Assembly (NCBI RefSeq): GCF_006345805.1 | Contig: NC_043000.1 | Span: 30,876,001 to 30,940,000 of the forward strand | Reading direction: 5' to 3' | Length of the DNA stretch: 64,000 nt | From: Octopus sinensis | Taxonomy: Eukaryota | Part shown: positions 36,849 through 49,061 of the stretch, one piece after another | How positions within the stretch are numbered: position 1 is the stretch's first letter | Layout: each line of letters begins with the position of its first letter | Notes under the pieces: generated by a model | What the model saw: only the letters and a program-made list of their open reading frames with translations | Database searches by the model: none | What the model was told of the DNA's origin: nothing | Position numbers and translations under genes: made by a program

Positions 36849-39504
36849 TATATTTCAGGCATAAAATATTTATTCCTCGGCATCTGTATGTTTCACTGGC
36901 AGCTACAGATGGAGAAGCACCAAGCATCATTCCAAGGACCAGAAATATTTACAATGAAATGTTCATTGAATATTCTGCATTTCCATTTTGAGATTGAAGA
37001 TATATCTCAGAGATGCTATTTTTCTTGTAAAGTTGACACACATCCAACAACAACAACAAAACCAAAACAACGTTGGGAGCCACTGTGTTCATTGAAATAT
37101 AAATAATTCCTAACTAGGTTATTGTTCAGGAGATTGAATTGGTTTTGTTTCTTCTTGGGAAAAAGATTGATGCCAAAAAAAATCAAAACAAGAAAAAAAG
37201 TAAATGTAAAATGTTTGGAAGTAGGTCTGTAAGAATTTTAATAATAATAATGAAATTATTGTATACAGTGCTCAGGTGCACCACAAATTGTCAAAAGTGC
37301 GCATAAAGCGTATGCAGTAATGTACAAATGTCTGGAAAGCGAACAGTGTATGAGTCAAATACATGCTTGCGTGTGTATGGAGGGGAGAAAATCAGGTGTA
37401 GTGTTTGCGAATCTCAGGAAGCATGAAAGTTTTGAAGGATGCAGTCCTCCGACAACTAACAACTGATGCCGGCTGTTTGTTCCTTTTGGATATTAACATT
37501 TAAATTGTTGCATTAAAGTAAGTTGTAATGTTTCATGCTATGTTTGACAAACCTGAGCTAATTTTAATTAACCTTGGTCATTACTGATTCCAACAGTACA
37601 ATTTGTAACAATATCAGAACTTGTTTGCAAGTAAATAGATTATTCTTATTAGCCTTTGGCTGATCTTCTGACAGTTTGCCTTGGTGTTCTACAACATTAA
37701 ATTCCTGTACACAATATCGATTCAGTCTTCTCCCAGTTCCAGAAGAGAGTATAATTCCCTGAGTCACTGAGGACATCTAATAAGACCAAAACATTAGAAA
37801 ATTACTATTTGTAAATCTCACAACGATAGATATTCAGCAGCAGTACTTTGGAGTAAAGAATGTTTGCCAACATAACATGGCAGTCCTAGTTTAGGACAAA
37901 TCATCATCATCATCTTTTAACGTCCGCTTTCCATGCTAGCATGGGTTGGACGAATGACTGAGGGCTCGCAAACCAGATGGCTGCACCAGGCTTCAATCTT
38001 GATCTGGCAGAGTTTTTACAGCTGGATGCCCTTCCTAATTCCAATGTTGCTGCAATTTAGACCCAGGAGATATGTTCAAAAATATAAGGACACAGATCAT
38101 GTTGTATAGCCAGCTGGAGACAATGTCTCCTGCGGTTAAATTATGGCAAATAATCTTTACTCCAAGACCAAAACATATCTGAAATTGTCTCTTTGCTAAA
38201 GATCAAATATTTTTCCTCTTGCATAATTTTCAATTTTTAAACATAAAATTTTTGCCAGATCAAGACTGGAGCCTGGTGCAGCCATCTGGTTTGCCAGCCC
38301 ACAGTCAAACCGTCCAACCCATGCTAACATGGAAAGCGGACGTTAAACGATGATAATGATGATGTACAAGTATTTGTATTTCATGTAATTAAAGGAATTT
38401 AATTGTTTAATTTAGAGCGTGTTGACCAAGGTGACCAGCCCTGGTTCAGAAAAACCAGTAATCCAAAAAGGCTTTGGAACTAAATGTTCCAGAAAATTGC
38501 ATGGTACTGGCAATGACCTCGCTCGAATCTTTTTATGCATGCCACCGGCACAAGTACCAGTAAGGGACATTGGTAACGATCACGCTCGGATGGTGCTCTT
38601 GGCACCCTACTAGCACGGGCACAAGTGCCAGTAAGGCGACGCTGGTAACGATCATGCTCGAATGGTGCCTTGTAAGTGCCACTGGCACGGAAGCCGGTTA
38701 ACCACTCTGTCAATGATCACGTTCGTTAAGTGCTCTTTGCACCCTGCTAGCACGGGTGCCAGTCATCGGATTTGATTTTGGTGGATCTGGCTGATTTGAA
38801 TTAGAGTTATAGGACAAATTGTACTTTTTTACTCCTACCTACGTTAGTGGGACCAAAATTAAATACCTTCCTTATTTCTCTTTTCATGCATCTACTAGTG
38901 TTTATATTTCAACTGTTGTCTTGCATGTTTCTATGTCTAGCTTTTACTGTACCAGGTCCAGCTACTTTAGGAATTGTAATGGTTGTTACCCTTCCACTGC
39001 TTGCTTACACACACACACACACACTCAGGCATATTTGTGTGCTTTAAAAGCTTGATTCCAAGCGTCACAGTTTTGAGTTCAGCCCCACCTTAGACAAATG
39101 TCTTCTGTTATAGCCCCAGAACAACCATTGCCTTTTGAGTGAATTTGGTGAATGGAAAGTGGAAGCCCATCATGTATCTTTGCATCTGGGTTGTTACCAC
39201 TTCCTCGCTACTGAAACCTCATGTTGGTCTGTTTACATAACCCATAGCATAGTTTAAGAAAAGAGACTGATAGAATAGGTACCAAACTTTAAAAAATAGT
39301 ACTACAGTTGATCTGTTAGACTAATAAACTCCTCAAAGTGGCACCCCAGCATGAAGACAGTCCAATGACTATATACATGTATGCTTGTGTTTACATTTGC
39401 ATATATCTGAGCTGCCAGTAGTGATGTCCTATAATTTCTCTTGTCAACAAACCAACCTCTAGGTATGCACTTTTGAAGAAAGTCTTTACTGTTGAAAGAG
39501 CCTT

Positions 39505-39729
39505 TCGAGGACGTTGCCAGTACCGCCTGACTGGCCCCCATGCTGGTGGCACATAAAAAGCACCCACTACACTCTCGGAGTGGTTGGCGTTAGGAAGGGC
39601 ATCCAGCTTTAGAAACTCTGCCAGATCAAGATTGGAGCCTGGTGCAGCCATTTGGTTCACTAGCCCTTGGTCAAAATCGTCCAACCCATGCTAGCATGGA
39701 AATCGGACGTTAAACGATGATGATGATGA
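39505..39729 (+). repeat. RTE 3'UTR copy upstream of exon 2
   Basis: Ends GGACGTTAAACGATGATGATG. Confidence 0.85.
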
Positions 39730-39960
39730 AAAGAACAGATAACTGTTAGCAAGAGATGGGGCACCTGTTTGTAAAACAGTGTCTCGATAATATGCGTAAC
39801 CCATTCTAGCATGGGAGAACATGTAAAAACAAACAAATATTATATTAAAATTACGGTTATATTCCAGTATTTGATCCAACAACTAAGAAAATTTATTTCA
39901 TGTTCAAACATTTTCTTCATTCTTCAATTTGTCTTCATTTTCTTTTTTCACCTGTTTCAG

Positions 39961-40182
39961 CAACAAATCAGTGGTTTGTACCAGCTGTTCGGGGAGACAT
40001 CCCACCTGGCTGTGCAGCTTACGGCTTTGTCTGTGATGCTACTCGCATACTTGTGTTTGGTGGAATGGTTGAGTATGGTAAATATTCTAATGAACTGTAT
40101 GAACTGCAAGCAAGTAGGTGGGAATGGAAGCGTTTAAAACCAAAGCCTCCAAAAAATGGCCAACCACCTTGTCCCAGACTTG
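39961..40182 (+). CDS. HCFC1: HCF-1 exon 2 (Kelch)
   Basis: Pyrimidine tract + TTTCAG acceptor. [74 protein letters not shown]. Donor GTAAGT, phase 1/1. Confidence 0.96.
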
Positions 40183-40290
40183 GTAAGTGTCTTTGTTTTT
40201 TCATTGCAATCATTTCTTTGCATTAAGCATTTTTTATACACATATAATGGATTCTTCTATTATTGAGATAATTATCTCCTAGTCTATTAA

Positions 40291-40508
40291 TCCTTTAATG
40301 TTCAGATTACTCTGTTAAATGTAATACTTTTTCACTCAAATTGTTTTGAATTAATCATGCATTATCTCATAGCTTTGAAATCTCAATGATGTGAATATTT
40401 ATTTTTAGAATGTCAATGTAGATTAGGTGCGAGAGGCTAGATATGGCTAGTTGAAATGTAGAACATAGAATATTTGGGCCGGATGTGGCTGGTTTAAACA
40501 CTAAAGGG
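40291..40508. mobile_element. piggyBac-type MITE, family B
   Basis: TTAA on both sides (40287-40290, 40509-40512). TIRs (C/T)CCTTTA(A/G)TGTT. Confidence 0.72.
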
Positions 40509-42725
40509 TTAAACAACATAATGTCCTGACATGTTTATGTGGTAAAACTAACAACACCAAGATAAGTGTTTTGTTTACAGGGATTGTGCAACCTGTCCAA
40601 TTTACATGATTAGACCAACAGGACAATTATTTGCAATAAAATATGAACTCACTCATACAAACACACATATTTGATGGACTCGGTCTATAGTAGAAGGCAT
40701 TTTCCCAAGGTGCCACACAGTGGGACTGAACCCAGAATCACATGGTTGGAAAGTGAAGCTCTCTTCAGTTCTAACTAATTATACAAGCCAAAATGATGAT
40801 CAGGTGACTGAATCAATTTTAACCACTTAATTATAGTGGTTGATCATCATCATCATTTAATGTGATGTTGATGATGATGATGATCAAATATACTATTGTT
40901 GGGTGCTACAGCCAGGAATTAGGCAATGTTTAAGCAAGAAAATGTCTAGACAATGTTTTAGTTGCATGTAAATAAGGTTTCATTGAGTTCATCATTTAAC
41001 GTCCATTCTCTTTGCTGGCATGAGTTAGATGGTTTGATCAAGGCTGCACCAGACTCCAGTCTGATTTGGCCTAGTTTCTCTGGCTGGATGTCCTTCCTAA
41101 CACCAACCACTCTGATAGTATAATGGGTGGTTTTATGTTCCATTGTCACAAGTGCCTATTGCATGACACCAGTATTTGCCAAGGCAGCGAGCTGGCAGAC
41201 ATGTTAGCACGCCAGGCAAAATACTTGGCGGTATTTCATCTGCTGGTACGTTCTGAGTTCTAATTCCGCCGAGATCAACTTTGCCTTTCATCCTTTCGGG
41301 GTCGTTAAATTAAGTACAGTTACGCACTGGGGTTGATACAATCGACTTAATCTGTTTGTCTGACCTTGTTTGTTCTCTGTGTTTAGCCCCTAGTGGGCAG
41401 TAAAGAAATAAGTATTCACCATGACTACAATTTCACTTGGTTTGATGGGTCTTTGTCTCAAACATGGCATATTGCCAAAGGTCTTGTTCGTTTGTCATTG
41501 CCTCAATGAAGCACATGAGCATTGGCCACATTGCCTCCTTGAGAACCAACGTTCAAAAGGTGCTTTTTACATGCCACCAGCGTAGGTGCCTATTATGCAA
41601 CACCATTATCAACCACGAGTGGTTGGCGTTAGGAAGGGCATCCAGCTGTAGAAACACTGCCAGATCAGACTGGGCCTGGTGCAGCCTCCTGGCTTCCCAG
41701 ACCCCGGTCGAACTGTCCAACCCATGCTAGCATGGAAAGCGGACGTTAAACGCTGATGATGATGATTGTCTCTATGAGGCCCAACACTTGACATGCGATG
41801 TGCTTTTTACATGTCATTGGCACGAGTGCCAGATAGATGTCACTGGCGTCAGCCACATTACCATCGTGAGACCTAACACTCGAAAAGTGCTTTTTGAATT
41901 GATATCATGTACAGCAGTATTACTATATGTAAGTAGAGAGACACTTTATGTCTCTCTACTTGGTATGAGAAAATGTGAAAACAGAATGTAGTACTTGGCG
42001 ATGTCAGTACTAAAATCTAATTAACAGTTTGATGGGCATGGGTATGTGGTAAGAAATTTGCTTCCCAACTACATGGTTCCAGGTTCAGTCTCACTGCATG
42101 GCACCTTGGGCAAGTGTCTTCTACTTGTGAATGGATTTAATGAAGAGAAACTGCAGAAGTTCATTGTATGTGTGTGTGTGTTTGCATCTGTCCCTCTGCT
42201 GCTTGACAACCCATGTTCATCATCATCATTTAACATCCATTTACCATGCTGGCATGGGTTGGACGGTTTGACTTGACGTCTGGAAAGCCAGCAGCTGCAC
42301 CAGGCTTCAATCTTAGGATGCCCTTCCTAATGCCAACCAATCCAAGAGTGTAGTGGGTGCTGTTTTACATGTCAACAGCACAGAAACCAGTCAGGCAGGT
42401 CTGGCATCAATCATTCATATTCAGTAAAAAGACTAAAACCATATTTTAAATTTTATTTAAAATCTGGGAGAGAATTTTATTCATAGATGTAAGAAGGGTG
42501 TGGAGAGAAAGACAAATTCCTAGGGGAGGTGTGATAGTAAAAAGGTTAAGAACCACTGAACTAAACACTTTATGGTGGTGACCCAAAGCATAAAGAAAAA
42601 GAATTTGTATAATCATAAGATTTATTTAATGATGAAATTATATATTTTTTTTAATTTTATGTTTATAAATCACCATCATCAAATGTCCATTTTCCATTCT
42701 GACAAGGAATTATTTTATTTTGTAG

Positions 42726-42813
42726 GGCACAGCTTTACCCTGTTGGGGAGTAAAGCATATTTGTTTGGAGGTCTGGCTAATGACAGTGAGGACCCCAAAA
42801 ATAATATTCCTAG
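42726..42813 (+). CDS. HCFC1: HCF-1 exon 3 (Kelch)
   Basis: TGTAG acceptor. [30 protein letters not shown]. Donor GTTAGT, phase 1/2. Confidence 0.95.
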
Positions 42814-43405
42814 GTTAGTATCTTCACACATTTCTTAAATTCCTACAGGAACTCAATTTATATTTCACATTTGTTATATTAAACTGTTAATGCATGTTGT
42901 TCACAACTTCATTTTTGTCTGTCACCTGTTCTACTCTTGCTCTTTGTATTGTTGGAACCAGAGAAAGATTGTTGGAGAATTCCCTCTAAAGCAAATCATT
43001 ATATACTCTCTTTATGTAAGATTAATTAGAAACTTAATTAAAAGAAAAATGAAGCAATGATATTGAACTAATTACAGATTCATGACACCGTTATGGTTCA
43101 TTCCTTTCTGTCAAGACAATGTAATAACTCATGCAAGAAAGTCGATGGTCCTGAGATAACTTGTGATTGAATTTTCTGTTACAAAACTGTATTTTATTAG
43201 TGCATAGACTTCAGTTGCCATAGTTATTCATATTAACCAAGCAAAGAATGGTTTACAATTGTTTTTATAACTTGTCATATGCATTTTCAGTTATAAAAGC
43301 TAATTTGAGGAATTTTTGCATATCTGTTTACCACCTGCAACTTTTTTTTTAATTCTTGTACTACAAGCAGATGCCATGTACAGAGTTGAAGGTTTTCTTT
43401 CCCAA

Positions 43406-43637
43406 TCATCATCATCATCATCGTTTAACATCCGCTTTCCATGCTAGCATAGGTTGGATGGTTTGACTGTGGGCTGGCGAACCCGATGGCTGCACCAGGC
43501 TCCAGTCTTGATCTAACAGAGTTTCTACAGCTGGATGCCCTTCCTAATGCCAACCACTCCGAGAGTGTAGTGGGTGCTTTTTACGTGCCACTGGCATGGG
43601 GGTTAGTCAGGCGGTACTGGCAACGACCTCGCTTGAA
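43406..43637 (-). repeat. RTE 3'UTR copy (intron 3)
   Basis: Same family, tail at left. Confidence 0.85.
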
Positions 43638-43867
43638 TTTTTTTTTTTTTTACACTTTGAAAATACCAATAGCAACAGAAATTGAGACAATGAATTGAAA
43701 CGTGAAAAATTTGTGAATAAAATCTAGTAACTGATGTGGTACCATAAGTTTTCTGGAACCACACAAAAACTAGACAAAACAGAAATAGATGTTTATATGC
43801 ATTAATATTTAAAGCAGTGTTAGACTAATTTAATTCCCTAGTCACTGGATGTTTCTTTCTTTTTCAG

Positions 43868-44076
43868 GTATCTCAATGACTTGTACTCACTGGAGTTGAA
43901 ACAAAATTCTAACACGATTGCTTGGGACATTCCTCAAGCTGGCGGCCAGCCACCGCCTCCTCGAGAATCACATTCTTGTGCAGCTTATTCAGAGAAAGAC
44001 GGTCGTCGACCAAGGTTAATAATATATGGAGGTATGAGTGGTTGTCGCTTGGGAGACCTCTGGCAGCTTGATTGTG
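43868..44076 (+). CDS. HCFC1: HCF-1 exon 4 (Kelch)
   Basis: TTTTCAG acceptor. [69 protein letters not shown]. Donor GTAAGA, phase 2/1. Confidence 0.95.
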
Positions 44077-44167
44077 GTAAGATTTCTTCAGCAGTTTGCT
44101 TTTAACATTCATCCATCCAGCTGTTTATAAATTTTTCGAATCAAAATGACAATATTTTTGTTTTCAG

Positions 44168-44359
44168 AAACAATGACTTGGACCAAACCAGTTGTTCAAG
44201 GAATATCTCCGTTACCTCGCAGTCTGCATTCTGCAACTGTAATTGGAAACCGTATGTTTGTATTTGGAGGTTGGGTACCACTGGTTATGGATGATATTAA
44301 AGTTGCTACACATGAAAAAGAGTGGAAATGTACAAACACTCTAGCTTCCCTAAATCTAG
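44168..44359 (+). CDS. HCFC1: HCF-1 exon 5 (Kelch)
   Basis: TTTTCAG acceptor after a 91-bp intron. [64 protein letters not shown]. Donor GTAAGT, phase 1/1. Confidence 0.95.
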
Positions 44360-44391
44360 GTAAGTTTGTTTCACAATCTGTTTCTACTTGT

Positions 44392-44750
44392 ATCATCATC
44401 ATCGTTTAACGTCCGCTTTCCATGCTAGCATGGGTTGGATGAATGACTGAGGGCTGGCGAACCAGATGGCTGCACCAGGCTCCAGTCTTGATCTGGCAGA
44501 GTTTCTACAGCTGGATGCCCTTCCTAACGCCAACCACGCCAAGAGTGTAGTGGGTGCTTTTACATGCCACCGGCATGGAGCCAGTCAGGCAGTACTGGCA
44601 ACAACCTCGCTCGAATCTTTTACACATGCCACCGGTACAGTTGCCAGTAAGGCGATGCTGGTGACAATCACGCTCGAATGATGTCTTTTACGTGCCACCG
44701 GCACGGAGGCCAAATAGCCGCTCTGGCAACGATTACACTTGGATGGTGTT
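44392..44750 (-). repeat. RTE 3'UTR copy (intron 5, about 30 bp from donor)
   Basis: Same family, tail at left. Confidence 0.85.
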
Positions 44751-45171
44751 CTTGTATGTAAGTCACTATATCATACTTAATTTTTAACTGAAAAAACTAG
44801 GGTGACACTTATACATGGGGTAAAACAAAAACTGTGAAGGAAAAAAATTTAGGTAGGTGACTAATTTACATCAGTAAATACAGTACGTATTGGAGTATCG
44901 GAGGTATGGTTCATCACTGTAAGAAATAAAGTTATTCTATGATTAGCAAGTGTTTAATTCAAATTCCTTCCTTGATCAATGATTGGTGTAGAATTCACCT
45001 CTTATTCAAATGATGATGTGGAGGATATCATGCGGTGAAAATCCTTTTTCCTCTGCATTTTAGTATTCTTTTCAATCTGTCCTTGTTTTTTTTTTTCTTG
45101 GTTTTGAAATAATAATTAGTTTAAAATGATGGTGGTTTTTATGACTTTTTTTTTTTTGTTCTCTTTGAAAG

Positions 45172-45317
45172 ATACAATGACTTGGGAACCCCTTGCCATG
45201 GAAGTCTTTGAAGATGCTTTACCTCGAGCTCGAGCAGGTCATTGTGCCGTTGCTGTGCACTCACGACTTTACATCTGGAGTGGTCGAGATGGTTACCGAA
45301 AGGCTTGGAACAATCAG
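45172..45317 (+). CDS. HCFC1: HCF-1 exon 6 (last Kelch repeat)
   Basis: Poly-T tract + AAG acceptor. [49 protein letters not shown]. Donor GTGAGA, phase 1/0. Confidence 0.95.
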
Positions 45318-45338
45318 GTGAGATCTACTCAATCACAT

Positions 45339-45725
45339 TCATCATCATTGTTTAACATCCATTTTCCGTGCTAGCATGGGTTGGACGATTCAACCGGGGT
45401 CTGGGAAGCCAGGAGGCTGCACCAGGCTCGAGTCTGATCTAGCAGTGTTTCTACAGCTGGATGCCCTTCCTAACGCCAACCACTCCGTGAGTGTAGTGGG
45501 TGCTTTTTACATGCCACTGGCACAGGTGCCAGGGGAGGCTGGCAATGGCCATGATCAGTTGGTGCTTTTTACATGCCACTAGCACGGAAGCCAGTCAAGG
45601 TGGCGCTGGCATCGATCACGTATGGATGGTGCTTTTTACGTGCCACCGGCACAGGTGCCAGGGCGGGCTGGCAACGGCCACGATCGGTTGGTGGTTCTTA
45701 CGTGCCACCGACATGGACATTGCTT
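45339..45725 (-). repeat. RTE 3'UTR copy (intron 6, about 20 bp from donor)
   Basis: Same family, tail at left. Confidence 0.85.
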
Positions 45726-46115
45726 CATTTGATATATATAAAGAAATCCATCATTTATATATATAAATGATGGATTCCTTTCAGTTTCCATCTCTCAAAT
45801 CTATTCACAAGGCTGGGATCAGGTTGGCCCAGTATGACACTTGCTTATGGTGCCATGTGATTGGGAAGCAGACTTCTTCACCTGCACTTTCAGTTGTATA
45901 AAAATATGAGTTCGTAATTTTAACAAATTTTAAAATTTGGATTCTGCTTTTACAATTGGGAAGTCCTTGTTTAAAACTGTATTTTTGGAAATATGCCCAC
46001 ACCACATAAATTATTTCAATGAGGAATACAAAGTGTTATAAATATTTGTGATGTTATGTGAATAAAAAGATTACAACAGATATTTCTGCTAAAATGCTTT
46101 TGTTGTTTGTTAAAG

Positions 46116-46387
46116 GTATGCTTCAAGGACCTTTGGTTCCTAGAAACGGAAAAGCCTCCTGCACCATCTCGTGTGCAGCTGGTTCGTGCCAGTACAAATA
46201 CACTCGAAGTTTGTTGGGGTGCTGTACCAACTGCCGATGCCTATCTTCTCCAGTTACAGAAATATGACTTACCTCCTGCCCAGACAATTACTCCAGCTGC
46301 AGTTCCTCTCAGTAACACTTTATCAAAGACCTCAACTGCTACCACTCAATCCCAGCCGACCATTATCCGTGCACCTTCAACTGGTGG
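46116..46387 (+). CDS. HCFC1: HCF-1 exon 7 (N-terminal Fn3 half / self-association sequence, start of basic region)
   Basis: [53 protein letters not shown]... The 3' end was placed at GG|GTAACT because only phase 2 keeps the next exon open. Confidence 0.9.
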
Positions 46388-46575
46388 GTAACTTTCGTTC
46401 TAACCTCAACTTTTGCATGCTTGCACGGGTCAGACAAAATTCTTTATGAACGCAGATTTTCCGCAGCTGGATGCTCTTCCATTGCCAACCCTCACCTGTT
46501 TCCAAGCTAGGTAATATTTCCCTAAAACTAGACATGCTTCTAACAGAATATTGAAAATAAATGACTGCAGCTATG

Positions 46576-46609
<34 letters not shown>

Positions 46610-46753
46610 TCATACAACATGCTTACATACATATATGATGGGCTTCTTTCAGTTTCTGGTTACCAGCTCCATTCTCAAGGCTTAGGTCAGCTTGGGGCTT
46701 TAGTTGAAACCATGTGGTTGCCACATCTCTGCCTATTTTAGAGCTGTATATTT

Positions 46754-46969
46754 ATTTCTTTACTACACACAGAGGGGACAAACAAGGACAGACAAAGGGA
46801 TTAAGTTGATTACATCTACCTCAGTGTGTGACTGGTACTTAATTTATCGACCCCGAAAGGATGAAAGGTAAAGTCAACCTCAGCGGAATTTGAACTCGGA
46901 ATGTAACGACAGACAAAATACGGCTACACATTTCGCTCAGCGTGCTAACGTTTCTGCCAGCTTGCCGCC
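46754..46969 (-). mobile_element. Nin-like SINE
   Basis: 16-bp TSD TTAGAGCTGTATATTT (46738-46753 / 46970-46985). Confidence 0.88.
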
Positions 46970-47349
46970 TTAGAGCTGTATATTTCTTTCCTAGATATGC
47001 TGCAGTGTCTTCATTAAATCTGTTGAAAAACTTTGTCATGGTAGAAATTGTTCTCTTGTAAAGCTCTGCTGTTATAATCCTGTTATAAAAGTAGATTTAC
47101 AATATCAATTTATAATGATTAAATAATTAGAAATAGTTACTTTTTCATCCCCCTTTTATTAGTATTTGTTCTCTCTATGCAAATTCTCTTTCCTGAACTG
47201 CCAATTCAGAAGTGGTAATTAGAAAAGAGATAAATCTGTTCTGGATAAGATACTAATCTTGTTACAGGTAACTTCTCCCAAAACCTGGTATTTATCTCCA
47301 CAGTTAGCCTGACCTGAAGCAAAAAAATCCTCTGTCCTATTCATATACC

Positions 47350-47765
47350 TATTTCTTTACTACACACAAGGGGCTAAACTCAGAGAGGACAAACAGGGAC
47401 AAACAAATGGATTATGTCAATTATATTGATCCCAGTGCGTAACTGGTACTTATTTAATCGACCCCGAAAGGATGAAAGGCAAAGTCAACCTCGGCGGAAT
47501 TTGAACTCAGAACGTAACGGCAGATGAAATACCTATTTCTTTACTACCCACAAGGGGCTAAACACAGAGAGGACAAACAAGGACGGACGAACGGATTAAG
47601 TCGATTATATCGACCCCAGTGCGTAACTAGTACTTAATTTATCGACTCCAAAAGGATGAAAGGCAAAGTCGACCTCGGCGGAATTTGAACTCAGAATGTA
47701 ATGGCAGACGAAATACGGCTATGCATTTTGCCCGGCATGCAAACAATTCTGCCAGCTCGTCGCCT
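47350..47765 (-). mobile_element. Head-to-tail dimer of Nin-like SINE
   Basis: Same junction as 29000-29394 (GAAATAC|CTATTTCTTTAC on plus). Single 17-bp TSD TGTCCTATTCATATACC (47333-47349 / 47766-47782). Confidence 0.88.
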
Positions 47766-48242
47766 TGTCCTATTCATATACCATGAAGCGTCTAAAATCA
47801 TCTAAATTTATACATTTGTATATCTTTTTATAGCCTTGATTTTAATTGCTCTTTTTTCATTAATGATAAGTCTTGCTGAATGTTTGGTTTCTGGCATCAA
47901 AATAAAATTAAAACCTCTTGGATTGTCTTCCATATTTGCCGAATAAAATATTTTATAAACAAAACAAAAACAAACTGTATGTTATAAGCCATCTGCCATG
48001 TTTTGTTCTGTTTTCTACATCTACTCTGTGTAACTCTCAAACTTGGGATTATGGATCCCAACAAAAGATACGAGTACAATATTTGAATGGAAATACAATT
48101 GGTGTTTTAAATGCTTGTCACAAAGTAAAGTTTAAATTGCATTGGATACGAATATAGATATATATAAAACAATAGTCATCACATAATTATTTCTAGTTAT
48201 CTTTATAATGCTCTTCGTGTTTCATGAACATACTTATCATTA

Positions 48243-48594
48243 ACTAGCACTATGACCCGGCATTGCCGGGTCATAGTGCTAGTGCATGCATATGCAGCTG
48301 CGTGCGTGCGCATATACATGTGACTACTGTCCAAATCTCCGACCAATCACATACAGCTAGCATATCAAGTTTCGGGCATTTTGATTGGGTTTTGGATAGA
48401 AAATTCACAAGAAAGTCACTTCTATTGATTTTTTAATGGCTTTGCGGGGTGACTGAGGAAATGTAAAGATGTGCACGACCACCCTTGGACGGTTTTCAAT
48501 GACCATAGAAAGTGCGAGCCCTCTAACTGTGAAAATTGTGGATTTGTATAAAGGACACACACGCAGACATTTTGCCGTTTATATATACAGAGAT
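48243..48594 (+). mobile_element. HINE-like element
   Basis: Perfect-stem 5' hairpin ACTAGCACTATGACCCGGC-ATT-GCCGGGTCATAGTGCTAGT. Body as 24258-24634. Confidence 0.75.
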
Positions 48595-48946
48595 ATGTAG
48601 GTTTCTTCAACCCTTTTGGTACCGTATTTGTTTTGAAATACAGTACCTTTATTGCAATTCATTTTGAAAACAATGAAATACTTTGTAAAATACGGTCTTC
48701 ATTAGGTTGATGTTTGGAATATAAAGTAACCTGAAATTTTGATGCAAGTTTTTAATTTAGATTATTTTGAAATAGGTAATTTGTATAATTGAACCAGTGA
48801 TGATCTCAGGTGAGTTGGTAACAAGAATTGAATGAAAAATATTTTTCATAGAAATACAAAGGGGTTTCATTGAAATTGTTATATTAAATTTCAGAATAAA
48901 GCGTTTAGCACTTTTTAAAAATCATTTCGTAACTTTTTCTTTCTAG

Positions 48947-49061
48947 TAAATGCTGCAATCAGACAAAAACTCCTGTAAGTATCAATGCGGGTTCGAGTGC
49001 AATTCGTGTTGTGTCTGCCTCATCTCCTCAGATACTGACTCTCGGCCAAAAGGGAATTACT
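48947..49061 (+). CDS. HCFC1: HCF-1 exon 8 (low-complexity basic region)
   Basis: TTTCTAG acceptor. Open frame KCCNQTKTPVSINAGSSAIRVVSASSPQILTLGQKGIT. Donor GTAAGT. Phases 2/0 link exons 7 and 9. Weak sequence conservation, so boundaries are less certain. Confidence 0.7.

Noticed and set aside
38847-39047. Hydrophobic 66-aa ORF (small membrane protein?)
   Set aside because: T-rich intronic sequence running into a CA repeat and SINE, with no splice or homology support.
43486-43698. Recurrent short ORFs such as MAAPGSSLDL(A/T)EFLQLDALPNANH that look like a peptide family
   Set aside because: They are translations of the antisense RTE 3'UTR, and frames and stops differ between copies.
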